64,000 bases of DNA from an uncultured Desulfobacteraceae bacterium. Its GTDB lineage: Bacteria; Desulfobacterota; Desulfobacteria; Desulfobacterales; JALSRD01. Positions 43,497-53,754 of the stretch are shown here, in pieces (position 1 is the first letter of the stretch; every line of letters starts with the position of its first letter). The notes under the pieces were generated by a model, which saw nothing but the letters and a program-made list of their open reading frames with translations, had not been told where the DNA came from and searched no databases. The translations under genes and the position numbers were made by a program. The stretch covers positions 14,976-78,975 of the forward strand of contig CAYUAQ010000001.1 of NCBI GenBank assembly GCA_964442705.1, read 5' to 3'.

Positions 43497-44120
43497 ATGA
43501 AGGAGGGCGATGACGTGAAACCTGGATGCATGCGTAATTGGATGTTGCTGCTGCTGGCAGTTGTGATTGTCGGTTTGCTGCTGCCCGGCGGCACATGGGC
43601 AAAGGTATACAGATTTGTGGACGAGGATGGAATCGTTCATTTCACCGACAATGCGTTGCAGGTTCCCATGGACCAGCGTCTGCCGCTTGAGGAGGCTCCT
43701 CTGCAGACAGAGGAAAAATCAGCCGTCCGTCCTCCGTCGCCGCCCTCACCCGACGGGCAAAACATGCGGGGTGTGCGCCAGAAGAGAGAAGCCCTGAAAA
43801 AACAGCAGACCAGCATGAATACGCGCTTCGCACAGCTGAACCGGCAGAAGAAGCGGCTCGATGCCGAACTGGAAGCCATCAACCAGGAACGGCAACAGTT
43901 GGAGAAAGAAAGCGTCGTCAAGCATTCCAAACGATCATACCGCATTTACAAGCAGAAAGTAGAACGGCTGGATGCCCGCATCAAAGCCTATAATGATCGG
44001 CGACAGGCGTTCAACAAGCAGGTCGAAGCCTACAATGAAAAAATGCGGCAGTTTGAGGAGCAGCGTCGGCGGTTAAACGCCGCCATCGATGCCTTTGACC
44101 AGGCCAAAATGGAAGACTGA
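43497..44120 (+). CDS. DUF4124-like secreted coiled-coil protein
   Basis: Signal/TM segment (WMLLLLAVVIVGLLLPGGTWA), then KVYRFVDEDGIVHFTDN (DUF4124 pattern) and a long K/E/Q/R-rich coiled coil. Confidence 0.6.
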   Translation: MKEGDDVKPGCMRNWMLLLLAVVIVGLLLPGGTWAKVYRFVDEDGIVHFTDNALQVPMDQRLPLEEAPLQTEEKSAVRPPSPPSPDGQNMRGVRQKREALKKQQTSMNTRFAQLNRQKKRLDAELEAINQERQQLEKESVVKHSKRSYRIYKQKVERLDARIKAYNDRRQAFNKQVEAYNEKMRQFEEQRRRLNAAIDAFDQAKMED

Positions 44121-44123
44121 CCA

Positions 44124-45965
44124 TTGACTGCCACGGCCAGAGCCGTCCAAGATGCGGTTGCCCGGGATGGATACGGGCAATCCAAAGACCCCTTTTCACC
44201 CCGCGCTGTTTGCGAAACATTGCTGGAGCAGGGTCTCGTCAGCCGGGATCAGGTCCGCGATATCCTGTCGCGCGAGAAGATGCTGTTGAAGCGTCTGCAG
44301 GGTTTGCGAGCCAAGGGAAATGGTGGCGGAGAAGTAAACTTCGTCGACGTGCTGGTGCCCCTCAATCTGAAACGGGCCGATGACCGTTTTGCCGTGCTGG
44401 ACGAAGACGCCGTCTACCGGGCATTGGCCAGCACATGGGGGGTGCCGTTTAAAAAGATCGACCCTTTGAAACTCGATCTCAACGTGGTCACCAGTACCAT
44501 CCCCCGCAACTTCGCCATGAAGCACCAGGTGCTTCCCATAGCCGTGCAGGACCGCCGTCTCACGGTGGCCACGCCCAATCCCTTCAACAGCGAAATTTTC
44601 GAAGACATCGAGCGGGTCAGCCGCCTGAAGGTCCAAACGGTGGTCAGCCCCAAAGGCGATATCGTCAAGCTGATCGACGAATTTTTTGGCTTCAAATGCT
44701 CCATAGCGGCTGCCGAAAACCAGTTTGCCGGCCCCTCCGTGGATCTGGGCAACCTGGAGCAGTACGTGCGTCTGCAGACCATGGATGAGCTGCCATCCAC
44801 GGATCAACACGTTGTCAATGCCGTCAACCATCTGTTTCTGTACGCTTTCGAACAGCGGGCCAGTGATATTCACATCGAGCCCAAACGCGACACCAGCTTG
44901 GTGCGCCTGAGGATAGACGGCGTGCTGCACACCGTTTACACGCTCCCCAAGAACGTCCATTCGGCCATTGTCAGCCGCATCAAGAACCTGTCGCGACTGG
45001 ACATGGCCGAGAAGCGGCGTCCTCAGGATGGCCGCATCAAGACGGACAAAGACGGGGTGGAGGTGGAAATCCGTGTGTCCACGGTGCCGGTGGCCTTTGG
45101 TGAAAAAGTGGTCATGCGCATCATGGACCCGGACATTCTCTTCCAGGATCTGCAGAACCTGGGATTTTCCGACTATGATCTGGAGCGCTACAATAAATTT
45201 GTTGACTTCCCCCACGGCATTCTGCTGGTGTGTGGTCCTACCGGGAGCGGCAAATCGACCACCTTGTACTCCACCCTGAGGCAGCTGTCTTCCCCGCAGA
45301 TCAACATCACGACGGTGGAAGATCCCATCGAGATGATACACGAGGAGTTCAACCAGATTGCGGTCCAGCCGGCCGTGGACGTCACTTTTTCGACGATTCT
45401 GCGAAACATTCTGCGGCAGGACCCTGACGTGATCATGATCGGCGAACTCAGGGATCTGGATACCGCCGAAAATGCGGTTCAAGCCGCCCTGACCGGCCAT
45501 CTGGTGCTCTCCACGCTGCACACCAACGATGCGCCTTCCTCCATCATACGGCTGCTGGATCTGGGGGTTCCCTATTTCCTAATCCAAGCGTCGTTGATCG
45601 GCATCATGGGCCAACGGCTGGTACGAAGAATCTGCCGCAACTGCGTCGAAGAGTTTCAGTTGGATGCGGCCGAGCTGCGGGAAAAGGGGATTTCCCTGGA
45701 TAAAGAGGGGGCCGTCAAGCTTTTCCGGGGCAAGGGGTGCCAGAAATGCCGCGGAACCGGTTATCTGGGCAGGACCGGTATTTTCGAAGTCCTTCCTTAC
45801 AGTGACAAGATCAAAAAGCTCACCACGGAAGATGCCAACCTGGAAGAAATCCGCCGGCAGGCGGCAGCCGAGGGGTTGATTACTCTGCGGCAGAACGCCA
45901 TTCAAAAACTGCTGGCAGGGGAAACCACCTACCAGGAAGTCTTGCGGGTTACCTGGGAAGAATAG
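44124..45965 (+). CDS. pilB: Type II/IV secretion family ATPase (PilB/GspE)
   Basis: ASDIHIEP, Walker A GPTGSGKSTTLY, Asp box/Walker B (DPDVIMIGELRD), His box (TGHLVLSTLHTN), and a tetracysteine motif (CRNC...CQKCRGTGY). TTG start 4 nt after the upstream stop. Confidence 0.85.
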   Translation: MTATARAVQDAVARDGYGQSKDPFSPRAVCETLLEQGLVSRDQVRDILSREKMLLKRLQGLRAKGNGGGEVNFVDVLVPLNLKRADDRFAVLDEDAVYRALASTWGVPFKKIDPLKLDLNVVTSTIPRNFAMKHQVLPIAVQDRRLTVATPNPFNSEIFEDIERVSRLKVQTVVSPKGDIVKLIDEFFGFKCSIAAAENQFAGPSVDLGNLEQYVRLQTMDELPSTDQHVVNAVNHLFLYAFEQRASDIHIEPKRDTSLVRLRIDGVLHTVYTLPKNVHSAIVSRIKNLSRLDMAEKRRPQDGRIKTDKDGVEVEIRVSTVPVAFGEKVVMRIMDPDILFQDLQNLGFSDYDLERYNKFVDFPHGILLVCGPTGSGKSTTLYSTLRQLSSPQINITTVEDPIEMIHEEFNQIAVQPAVDVTFSTILRNILRQDPDVIMIGELRDLDTAENAVQAALTGHLVLSTLHTNDAPSSIIRLLDLGVPYFLIQASLIGIMGQRLVRRICRNCVEEFQLDAAELREKGISLDKEGAVKLFRGKGCQKCRGTGYLGRTGIFEVLPYSDKIKKLTTEDANLEEIRRQAAAEGLITLRQNAIQKLLAGETTYQEVLRVTWEE

Positions 45966-45983
45966 CAACCCATGTCCCGCTGA

Positions 45984-46682
45984 CTACTTCTTTTTTATCA
46001 GCATGCTGGAGGGGTCCAGAAAAAGCTGGGCCTCACTCAGATTTTCGGCGCCCCCCTTCAGTGCCCGTATGTGAATATGGGTACCCTCGGGCTGCAGCGC
46101 GATGGCGGCTTCGAAAAGGTCGGCCACTTTTTCCAGTTGGGCCGGCAACCCTTGCGGCCCCGGGTCCTCGTGCCGGTGGCTGCGTACACTCAGCCACACG
46201 TGAAGATGCTGTTGTCGGGCCAGGTCTTTCAACTCGGTGAGCATGGGACGTACCTCACCGTCGAAAGGCAGCCCGTCGATAAGCATCATGCGCGGAGTGA
46301 AGATGCCCTGTTCGGTCAGATCGGTAAGCCGCTCGGTGAGTTTGGGGACACTGAAGCCCTCCACCTGAAAGGTCATGATGAACCGATGGGTCAGGATGGA
46401 GTCCCGCAGCAGGTTTATCTGCGCGTTGTCATACTGGTTTGCCAGGTTGCGGAATACCTCTTCGTACCACAGGGTCACCTTGCCCACCGGATCATCCAGG
46501 CTGATGTGCAGCACGTTCTTGTCGCGCAGCAGTGAATTGAGGGCCAGTTGAACCATGAGAGCCGTTTTGCCGACACCGGCCCGGGCCACCACTGCTCCGA
46601 ATCCGCCGGGGGGCAGCACGTCGTCCGTTTCGGCACCCAGCAGCCGGAGGGGATTCCTTAAAATTAAATCCTTCTTGAGCAT
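45984..46682 (-). CDS. RecA-superfamily (KaiC/DnaB-like) P-loop ATPase, single domain
   Basis: Walker A ARAGVGKTAL, Walker B MMLIDGL. 232 aa from MLKKDL with an AAGGAAAGGA RBS. Lies downstream of the EF-G gene on the same strand. Confidence 0.6.
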   Translation of the reverse strand: MLKKDLILRNPLRLLGAETDDVLPPGGFGAVVARAGVGKTALMVQLALNSLLRDKNVLHISLDDPVGKVTLWYEEVFRNLANQYDNAQINLLRDSILTHRFIMTFQVEGFSVPKLTERLTDLTEQGIFTPRMMLIDGLPFDGEVRPMLTELKDLARQQHLHVWLSVRSHRHEDPGPQGLPAQLEKVADLFEAAIALQPEGTHIHIRALKGGAENLSEAQLFLDPSSMLIKKK

Positions 46683-46761
46683 GGTAAGGTTCCTTTCCTT
46701 GATATAAAGTACCGTTGCCACCGGTCCGGGTTGCCGCGGTGCCGGTCCGGGCGTGTATTTT

Positions 46762-48849
46762 TTAAGCAACATGCTTCTTCTCTTCGGCTCTTTTCTTTTT
46801 AAGCTCCTCGGCCACAGATTGCGGCACCTGCTTGTAGAGGGCGAATTCCATGGTGAACTGGGCCTTGCCCTGGGTAAGAGAGCGCAGCGCCGTGGAGTAA
46901 CCGAACATCTCTGCCAGCGGCACCTGGGCTTCGATGGCGCAGGAGTGTCCCTCGTCCTGGGTTCCGACGATGATGCCGCGACGCTGGTTCAGGGAGCCCA
47001 TCACCGACCCCTGGAATTCGGTGGGCGTTTCCACCACGACCTTCATGATCGGTTCGTGGATCACGGGGCCGGCCTTGGGATACGCCTCCAGAAAGGCTCC
47101 CCTGGCCGTGGCCTGAAACGCCATCTCGGAAGAATCCACCGAATGGGAGGCGCCGTCGTTGATCACCACTTTGACACCGGTCACCGGGTACTCCATCATG
47201 GGGCCCTTGGCCAGGCACTGCCGGAAACCCTTTTCACAGGCCGGGATGAACTGGGTGGGGATGGCGCCGCCGGTGACCTGGTTGTCGAAGACAAATTCTT
47301 CGTCGCTCACCGGTTCCAGGTAGCCGGCGATGCGGCCGAACTGACCTGCGCCGCCGGTCTGTTTCTTGTGGGTGTAGTTGAACTCGGCCCGGCGGGTGAT
47401 GGTTTCTCGATAGGCCACCCGTGGCTGTCCCGTGGTAACCTCTGCACTGTACTCGCGCCACATGCGCTCGACGTAAACCTCGAGGTGCAGCTCACCCATG
47501 CCCTCGATGATGGTTTCGCTGGTTTCTTCATCCATGAAGGTGCGGAAGGTGGGGTCTTCCTTTGAAAAGCGGTTCAGCGCCTTGGACATGTTGATCTGGC
47601 TCTTGTTGTCCTTGGGCAGAATGGCCAGTGAAATGACCGGTTCGGGGACGAACATGGATGTCATGGTCAGGCTCAGGCCCGGGGATACGAAGGTGTCTCC
47701 GGAGGCGCAGTCCACGCCGAAAAGGGCCCCGATGTAGCCGGCGTAAATGGCCGGGATATCTTCCATCTGGTCGGCGTGCATGCGTACGACGCGGCCGATT
47801 TTGATTTTCTTGCCGTTGCGCACGTTGACCACCGTATCCCCCTTGGCCAGCTTGCCCTGGTAGACGCGCAGATAGGTCAGTTGTCCGTACTGTCCGTCTT
47901 CGAGCTTGAAGGCCAGGGCCACCAGGGGCTTGGTCTCATCGGCTTCCAGCACCACCGGCTTCTCGTCATGGGAAGTGTCCAGGGCTTCGTTCTTGACATC
48001 CAGCGGGCAGGGCAGCAGGCCTACCACCGCATCCAGCAGGGGCTGGACCGCCTTGTTTTTATAGGCGGAGCCCATGAACACCGGGGTGATCTGGCGGGTG
48101 AGGGTGCCGGCCCTTACAGCGGAGAGGATGAGGGCTGGATCGATGTCGCCCTCTTCAAGCACGGCCTCCATGAGATCGTCTGAAAACATGGAGGCGGCAT
48201 CCAGCAGTTCTTCTCTTTTCTCCAGGGCGGCATCCATCAGGTGCGCTGGGATTTCTTGTTCACGGATTTTTTCCCCATTGTCTCCGTCGAAATACAGGGC
48301 CCTCATTTTCACCAGATCGATCACCCCCTCGAAGTCGGCTTCCAGTCCGATGGGCAGCTGCATGGCCACGGCATTGTGGCCTAGTTTTTCTCTGAGCTTC
48401 TCAACCACCCGCAGGGGATTGGCGCCGCTGCGGTCGCACTTGTTGACAAAAGCCACGCAGGGCACTTTATAGCGCTTCATCTGTTGATCGACGGTAATGG
48501 ACTGGGACTGCACACCGCCCACGGCACAGAGAACCAGGATGGCGCCGTCCAGAACCCTCAGCGAACGTTCCACTTCGATGGTGAAATCCACATGGCCGGG
48601 CGTATCGATGATGTTGATCTCATGGTCGTTCCACTGGCAGAAAGTCGCGGCCGAAGCGATGGTGATGCCGCGTTCCTTTTCCAGTTCCATGGAATCCATG
48701 GTGGCGCCGACACCATCTTTTCCCTTGACGTCATGGATGGCGTGAATCCTGTTGGTGTAATACAGAATCCTCTCCGTCAGTGTGGTCTTGCCCGAATCGA
48801 TGTGGGCGCTGATACCGATGTTTCGGACTTTTCGGATATCGTGTTTCAT
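46762..48849 (-). CDS. fusA: Elongation factor G (stand-alone paralog, not in an rpsL-rpsG-fusA context)
   Basis: [52 protein letters not shown], and full domains II-V. AAAGGAG RBS. Confidence 0.92.
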   Translation of the reverse strand: MKHDIRKVRNIGISAHIDSGKTTLTERILYYTNRIHAIHDVKGKDGVGATMDSMELEKERGITIASAATFCQWNDHEINIIDTPGHVDFTIEVERSLRVLDGAILVLCAVGGVQSQSITVDQQMKRYKVPCVAFVNKCDRSGANPLRVVEKLREKLGHNAVAMQLPIGLEADFEGVIDLVKMRALYFDGDNGEKIREQEIPAHLMDAALEKREELLDAASMFSDDLMEAVLEEGDIDPALILSAVRAGTLTRQITPVFMGSAYKNKAVQPLLDAVVGLLPCPLDVKNEALDTSHDEKPVVLEADETKPLVALAFKLEDGQYGQLTYLRVYQGKLAKGDTVVNVRNGKKIKIGRVVRMHADQMEDIPAIYAGYIGALFGVDCASGDTFVSPGLSLTMTSMFVPEPVISLAILPKDNKSQINMSKALNRFSKEDPTFRTFMDEETSETIIEGMGELHLEVYVERMWREYSAEVTTGQPRVAYRETITRRAEFNYTHKKQTGGAGQFGRIAGYLEPVSDEEFVFDNQVTGGAIPTQFIPACEKGFRQCLAKGPMMEYPVTGVKVVINDGASHSVDSSEMAFQATARGAFLEAYPKAGPVIHEPIMKVVVETPTEFQGSVMGSLNQRRGIIVGTQDEGHSCAIEAQVPLAEMFGYSTALRSLTQGKAQFTMEFALYKQVPQSVAEELKKKRAEEKKHVA

Positions 48850-48940
48850 CAGGTGCTCCTTTTGCGGCCTTATGCTGGTCTTTATCTGTAGCGCGGGCAG
48901 TCTTCCGTTTCAGTGATCCAATTTCCGACCCGGTCACAGA

Positions 48941-48981
48941 ACAATAAAATCCCCCACCGGAAAAGAACCAGGTGAGGGATT
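48941..48981 (-). terminator. Rho-independent-type terminator after the smr-domain gene (minus strand)
   Basis: Minus strand reads AATCCCTCACC-(12 nt)-GGTGGGGGATT followed by TTATTGT. 11-bp stem with one mismatch. Confidence 0.5.
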
Positions 48982-49073
48982 GTTGGTAACCGGGCCTTAT
49001 AAACTCTAAATAATACGTCTCCACTCCTGTTTTGTCAATATCATTTCCAATTTTTTTGAAAACAGGTATTTTT

Positions 49074-49796
49074 TCAGGACCGAAGCTTTGCCTGCCGCCG
49101 GCTCAGCGGTCGGTTTCTGAGCAGTACATAGGTGGCTCCCGCACCGCCGTCGCAGGCTTTGGCGCTCGTATAGGCCAGCAGCCAGCGGCGCCAGCGGCCA
49201 CTGAGCAGCCAGCATTGAACCTTTCGTTTAAGGACCGGTTCACCCGGGGAAGACAACCCCCTTCCATGGATGATCAGCAGCGCCCTTTTCCCGTCTCTCA
49301 AGGCTGTTTTCAAAAAAGCATCAAAGGCGGTCCGGGCCCGGCTCACGGGCAACCCGTGCAGATCCAGGTGATCCTGGATCGAAAAGTCACCGCGTCGCAG
49401 GCTCCGTAGAAGCGGGCGGTCGTCGATATAGCCGCAGCCCTCGATATATTCGGGCGTGTGGCGCCACTGGAATCCTTCGCCGTGTCGGATCAATCTGCTG
49501 AGCTGATGCAGGGCTTCTTCTTCGATGTCCCGGTAACAGCAGGCCGGGGTTGCAGGCAATCGGGATTCGATGACATTGTCGCGGTCAATGGGAACGACAT
49601 CGGCCATGGCCAGCCTGAACAGCTCACCATCATCCGGCAGCGTGATCTCCGGCTGGCTGGCCGGTGCGGATGGGGGAAACGCAGACGGGTGATCCCGGCC
49701 GGGAGGCAGGTCCGACAGGAGTTTTTCAAGCTGCGCAAAGGGGCCGCCGCGGGCCTCTTTTCTAGAGGTTCTGGCCATAAGTTTCTGCCGATCCAT
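49074..49796 (-). CDS. Smr-domain protein
   Basis: C-terminal Smr domain DLHGLPVSRARTAFDAFL...LLIIHGRGLSS. Confidence 0.8.
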   Translation of the reverse strand: MDRQKLMARTSRKEARGGPFAQLEKLLSDLPPGRDHPSAFPPSAPASQPEITLPDDGELFRLAMADVVPIDRDNVIESRLPATPACCYRDIEEEALHQLSRLIRHGEGFQWRHTPEYIEGCGYIDDRPLLRSLRRGDFSIQDHLDLHGLPVSRARTAFDAFLKTALRDGKRALLIIHGRGLSSPGEPVLKRKVQCWLLSGRWRRWLLAYTSAKACDGGAGATYVLLRNRPLSRRQAKLRS

Positions 49797-49933
49797 CGGA
49801 AATATTTTTCGATGCAGCGGTTCTTATGGTAAAGATATATATTTTATAGCATGCAGCGGGCCGGGTAGCAACGGCTGTTTTTCGGCCTCGCCGGTGCATG
49901 CGATGGGGGTGAATCGACAGCAGGGCAGAAGGG

Positions 49934-50653
49934 ATGAGGACAGTCAGGATTACGATAGGGTCCGAGGAGTGGAACCGGATCCTGAGCGAGGGAGCAGCCA
50001 CCCTGGGGATAAAGCTGGAGGATCGCCAGATTCGGCTGATGGCGCTGCACGCCACCGAACTGCTCAAGTGGAATCGACGGGTCAACCTGACCAGGATCAC
50101 CGAGCCGGTCGAGGTGGCTGTGAAGCACTTCTTGGATTCCATGGCCGCCGCCCCGTTGATCGGTGCGGAGAAGACCGTTCTCGATCTGGGGTCCGGCGGG
50201 GGGTTTCCCGGACTTCCCCTCAAGGTTGCCGTGCCCGATGCCCGGGTGACCCTGGTCGACAGTGCACGCAAGAAAGTCTCCTTTTTGAAGCACGTCATAC
50301 GGCAAATCGGCCTGGAGGGAGTCGATGCCCTGCAGAGCCGGGTCGAAAGCTTGGGCGGGCATCCGGCACACCGTGGCAAATATGATGTAGTGGTCTCGCG
50401 GGCCCTGGCTTCCCTGGATGACTTCGTGCGCTTGGCCATGCCTTTAGTGGCATCCCGGGGGGTCATCGTAGCCCTAAAGGCGGGGCGTGCGGCAGACGAA
50501 ATTCGGGAACTGGCGGCGCGCTGTCGGAAAGGAGAGCGGCAAGCACCGATCCGGCTGGTGGAGGCAAAAGAGATGATTCTGCCGGTGATGAATCTAAGAA
50601 GGTGTATCGTGGTGCTGAAACCAGCGGCATCGCCACCAACAGCCTGCCTGTGA
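49934..50653 (+). CDS. rsmG: 16S rRNA (guanine527-N7)-methyltransferase
   Basis: LLKWNRRVNLTRITEPVEVAVKHFLDS, LDLGSGGGFPGLPLKV, DVVVSRA. Confidence 0.88.
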   Translation: MRTVRITIGSEEWNRILSEGAATLGIKLEDRQIRLMALHATELLKWNRRVNLTRITEPVEVAVKHFLDSMAAAPLIGAEKTVLDLGSGGGFPGLPLKVAVPDARVTLVDSARKKVSFLKHVIRQIGLEGVDALQSRVESLGGHPAHRGKYDVVVSRALASLDDFVRLAMPLVASRGVIVALKAGRAADEIRELAARCRKGERQAPIRLVEAKEMILPVMNLRRCIVVLKPAASPPTACL

Positions 50654-50876
50654 ATGTTTTTAGCTGTTAATCGCTGCTGGAGAGGGTATTGCGAATGTCC
50701 CGGGACAGCCGGTCCTCAAAAGGGTCGAACTTGTTTTTCTTTCTGGAATTCATGGCGGACACGATTTTCAGCTGCATCGGGTTTACAGGTTGTGACAAAC
50801 TCTGTAAAGAGAGATTTCTGAAGCGTTGCCACGATTTTGTACTTGGCGGATACCCATGGAAAACAAGGAGTGTTGC

Positions 50877-51347
50877 ATGTCTGAAATCGATACCCATCTG
50901 CAAAGTGCGCTGCATGTCCTGCGCGATGTCTATGAAAGCCAAATACCGTTCAACAGGGTGCTGGGACTTGAAATTGTGGCCATGGATCCCGATCAGGTGT
51001 GCGTCAAATTCGAAATGCAGGAGAAATTGATCGGCAATTTCGTCAAAAAGAGCCTGCACGGCGGCGTGGTAGCATCCGTAATGGACCTCACCGGTGGCAT
51101 CATTGCAGGCACCGGGCTCGTCCGGCAGCTGATCGGCAGTTCTCCAAAAGAGATTTTCGATCGTATCGCCCGCATCGGGACTATCGACCTGCGTGTGGAT
51201 TACCTGCGGCCGGGACGCGGGGCATTTTTTCTGACCGCGGGGACCGTTCTCAGAACCGGCAGCAAGGTAGCCGTGACTCGTATGGAAATGCACAATGATC
51301 AGGGGGTCCTGATCGCGGTGGGTACCGGAACCTACATCGTGGGCTGA
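50877..51347 (+). CDS. PaaI-family hot-dog thioesterase
   Basis: IPFNRVLGLEIV.., LHGGVVASVMDLTGG, IDLRVDYLRPG. AAGGAG RBS before ATG 50877. Confidence 0.8.
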   Translation: MSEIDTHLQSALHVLRDVYESQIPFNRVLGLEIVAMDPDQVCVKFEMQEKLIGNFVKKSLHGGVVASVMDLTGGIIAGTGLVRQLIGSSPKEIFDRIARIGTIDLRVDYLRPGRGAFFLTAGTVLRTGSKVAVTRMEMHNDQGVLIAVGTGTYIVG

Positions 51348-51362
51348 TGTCGGGATACCCTC

Positions 51363-52517
51363 TCAATCGATCAGGGTCGCCTTGCGGATGGCTTGCGGGC
51401 CGTATTTCGAAGCCACGGCATCCACGGCCGCATCAATACGCTCCCAACCAGCGGGCTGGAGGTCATCACCGCCGAAAAGACAGGTCTGTTCCGGGGTGCC
51501 GGCACGCAGCAGGCCGGCAACGCCTACACCCACCAGACGCACTTTTTTTTTGAGTGGCAGAGAATCCAGGAGTGCCGATGCCCGCGTGTAGATGGTCGTC
51601 GACGATCGGGTGGCCCTTTCCAAGGTGCTGTGCCGGGTGGTCTGGTGAAAGTCGGCGAATTTGACTTTGAGTGTGACGGTGCGGGCTTTGAAACCGGCCT
51701 GGCGAAGACGCCGGCCCACATCTTCAGACTGCTGCAGGAGGATTTTTTTCAAAAGCCGCCCGTCGACGGTGTCTCGGGGCAGGGTCTTTTCCTCGCTGAT
51801 GGATTTGACCGGCTGCCATGGCGTCACCCGGGACCGGTCGATTCCCCGGGCCAGCTCAAACAGCCGGCAGCCGAACTTGCCAAGGTGCTGCACCAGCAGG
51901 CGGCGGGGCATGCGGCGCACATCCCCCATGTGTCGCAGTCCCATTTCCGCCAGCTGTTGACTGGTTCGCCGGCCCACCCCGGGGATACGGGCCACGGGCA
52001 GGCGCGCGATGAATTCATCGACTTCGTGGGGAACAATAACGGTAAGCCCATCGGGCTTTTGCATGTCCGAAGCGATCTTGGCCAGAAATTTCAGCGGGGC
52101 GACACCGATGGAACAGGTCAGACCGAAGCGCTCTTTAATCTCCCCCTTAATACGGGTGGCGATATCCAGCGGTGAGCCGAACAGTCTGCGGCACCCCGCA
52201 ACATCCAGGTAGGCTTCGTCGATGGAGACCTTTTCGACCAGGGGCGTGTAGCCGGAGAGATGCGCCATGATGGCCCCGGACAGCTGTTGATAGCGCTGCC
52301 TGCGTGGCGGAACGATCACCAGTTCCGGGCATCGGCGCCGGGCCTGAAACATGGGCATGGCCGAATGGATGCCGAATCGCCTGGCCTCGTAACTGGCGGC
52401 CGCCACCACGCCGCGGTCGGACGCAGATCCCACCACCAGGCAGCGTCCGGCCAGGGAGGGATCGTCCAGGCGCTCCACCGCCGCGAAAAAGGCATCCATG
52501 TCGACATGCAGAATCAT
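51363..52517 (-). CDS. dinB: DNA polymerase IV
   Basis: MILHVDMDAFFAAVERLDDPSL, VSIDEAYLDV, SIGVAPLKFLAKIASD, IPGVGRRT. Confidence 0.92.
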   Translation of the reverse strand: MILHVDMDAFFAAVERLDDPSLAGRCLVVGSASDRGVVAAASYEARRFGIHSAMPMFQARRRCPELVIVPPRRQRYQQLSGAIMAHLSGYTPLVEKVSIDEAYLDVAGCRRLFGSPLDIATRIKGEIKERFGLTCSIGVAPLKFLAKIASDMQKPDGLTVIVPHEVDEFIARLPVARIPGVGRRTSQQLAEMGLRHMGDVRRMPRRLLVQHLGKFGCRLFELARGIDRSRVTPWQPVKSISEEKTLPRDTVDGRLLKKILLQQSEDVGRRLRQAGFKARTVTLKVKFADFHQTTRHSTLERATRSSTTIYTRASALLDSLPLKKKVRLVGVGVAGLLRAGTPEQTCLFGGDDLQPAGWERIDAAVDAVASKYGPQAIRKATLID

Positions 52518-52529
52518 ATCGCCGGAAAG

Positions 52530-53171
52530 CTACTGGTTTTTTTTGGTTGTCTTCCCCTTTACGGGACGTTTGTCGAAATGGGGCACGAGCTCCACGTAAA
52601 GCATCCCCTTGCGGGTGTATATGTTGGATATTTTCATGTTTATGAAAATTTTTCCGCTGGAAGTATTGGCCACGATGGGTCGCAGGGCCTTCATGGCAAT
52701 GGGGTATTCCACTTCATTGAAAACCGAAAGCAGCTGCGTCAGGTCCGATCCCGTGCTTTTTTTGTCTGCCTGAATGTTTTTCTGGGTAACGTGGGGTTTA
52801 ATATAAAGAATACGTCTGGCGCTGTCAAAACGCAGCTTTACCAGACTGTGAAAGGACAGATTGACCGTACCGATGTCCACAATCAGAGATCCCATGTTTA
52901 AACCGATCCGTTTGCCGTGGACAGCGGTCAGGAACGACGCCTGGTTGTCACCGAATTTCAGCTGTTGGACGGATTTCAGCCATAATTTTCCGGAAAGCTG
53001 CTTGATAGGTGTAAGTTCCAGTGGTAAAAGCCGATCAAAGGCGGTCTTTATGACCTCCACGGGAACCATTACGGTGACGGCTCCGGTCGCGGCGCCCAAG
53101 GCCGGCTCAGCTGCAACAGCGGTGAGCAGCAGGATGATCCCAAGGATGAGTGCGTTTGCCTTCTTTGTCAT
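52530..53171 (-). CDS. Secreted hypothetical protein (213 aa)
   Basis: Signal peptide MTKKANALILGIILLLTAVAAEPALG. Co-oriented with, and 12 nt upstream of, dinB. Confidence 0.55.
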   Translation of the reverse strand: MTKKANALILGIILLLTAVAAEPALGAATGAVTVMVPVEVIKTAFDRLLPLELTPIKQLSGKLWLKSVQQLKFGDNQASFLTAVHGKRIGLNMGSLIVDIGTVNLSFHSLVKLRFDSARRILYIKPHVTQKNIQADKKSTGSDLTQLLSVFNEVEYPIAMKALRPIVANTSSGKIFINMKISNIYTRKGMLYVELVPHFDKRPVKGKTTKKNQ

Positions 53172-53252
53172 GCATCAGCTCGGTTTGTGTGCAGGCTTGT
53201 GGGAATCGACTCGACGTCAACCTCGCATATTCCACAGTTGTGGTCAATACCG

Positions 53253-53678
53253 ATGAACAACATTATTCACATCAGGGTTCGGGGGTACCACATCGATTTT
53301 TTCGGGCACGTCAACAATGCCCGTTACCTGGAATTCCTGGAAGAGGCGCGCTGGCGTTTTTTTGAAGAGCCAGGCGGACGTATCGCCTTTTCGCGTTTGA
53401 ACATGGACTTCGTGGTGGCCAACATCAATATCAGCTACCGCCATGCGGCTGTCATGGGGGATGACCTCACCATCGAGACACACATGAAGGAAATACGGCG
53501 CAGCAGTGCCGTACTGGAACAAATCGTACGGCTGGCCGGGCAGGACCTGAGGGTGGTCGAGGCCGATGTGACTTTCGTCTTCCTGGATTCGGACAGCGGG
53601 ACCGTGCTGCCCATATCCGGAGAGATCCTGGCGCTGCTCAAGGCATTGCCGGGCGGTTCTGACGCTAAAGGGGCGTGA
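53253..53678 (+). CDS. Acyl-CoA thioesterase, YbgC/4HBT family
   Basis: HIRVRGYHIDFFGHVNNARYLEFLEEARW. Start at MNNIIH. Confidence 0.8.
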   Translation: MNNIIHIRVRGYHIDFFGHVNNARYLEFLEEARWRFFEEPGGRIAFSRLNMDFVVANINISYRHAAVMGDDLTIETHMKEIRRSSAVLEQIVRLAGQDLRVVEADVTFVFLDSDSGTVLPISGEILALLKALPGGSDAKGA

Positions 53679-53754
53679 AAAAACCCGAGAAAAGAGGGGT
53701 GTCAGAAGAAGGGGGCTCAAAAACCTGACACCTGACAGCTTCTGAATAAAAAAC

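Noticed and set aside
50667-51293. 208-aa minus-strand ORF overlapping the PaaI thioesterase gene, including a possible 28-aa tail peptide MNSRKKNKFDPFEDRLSRDIRNTLSSSD at 50667..50753
   Set aside because: The plus-strand PaaI reading has an AAGGAG RBS and hot-dog motifs. The minus-strand ORF has no motifs. The short tail ORF alone is too small to support without expression data.
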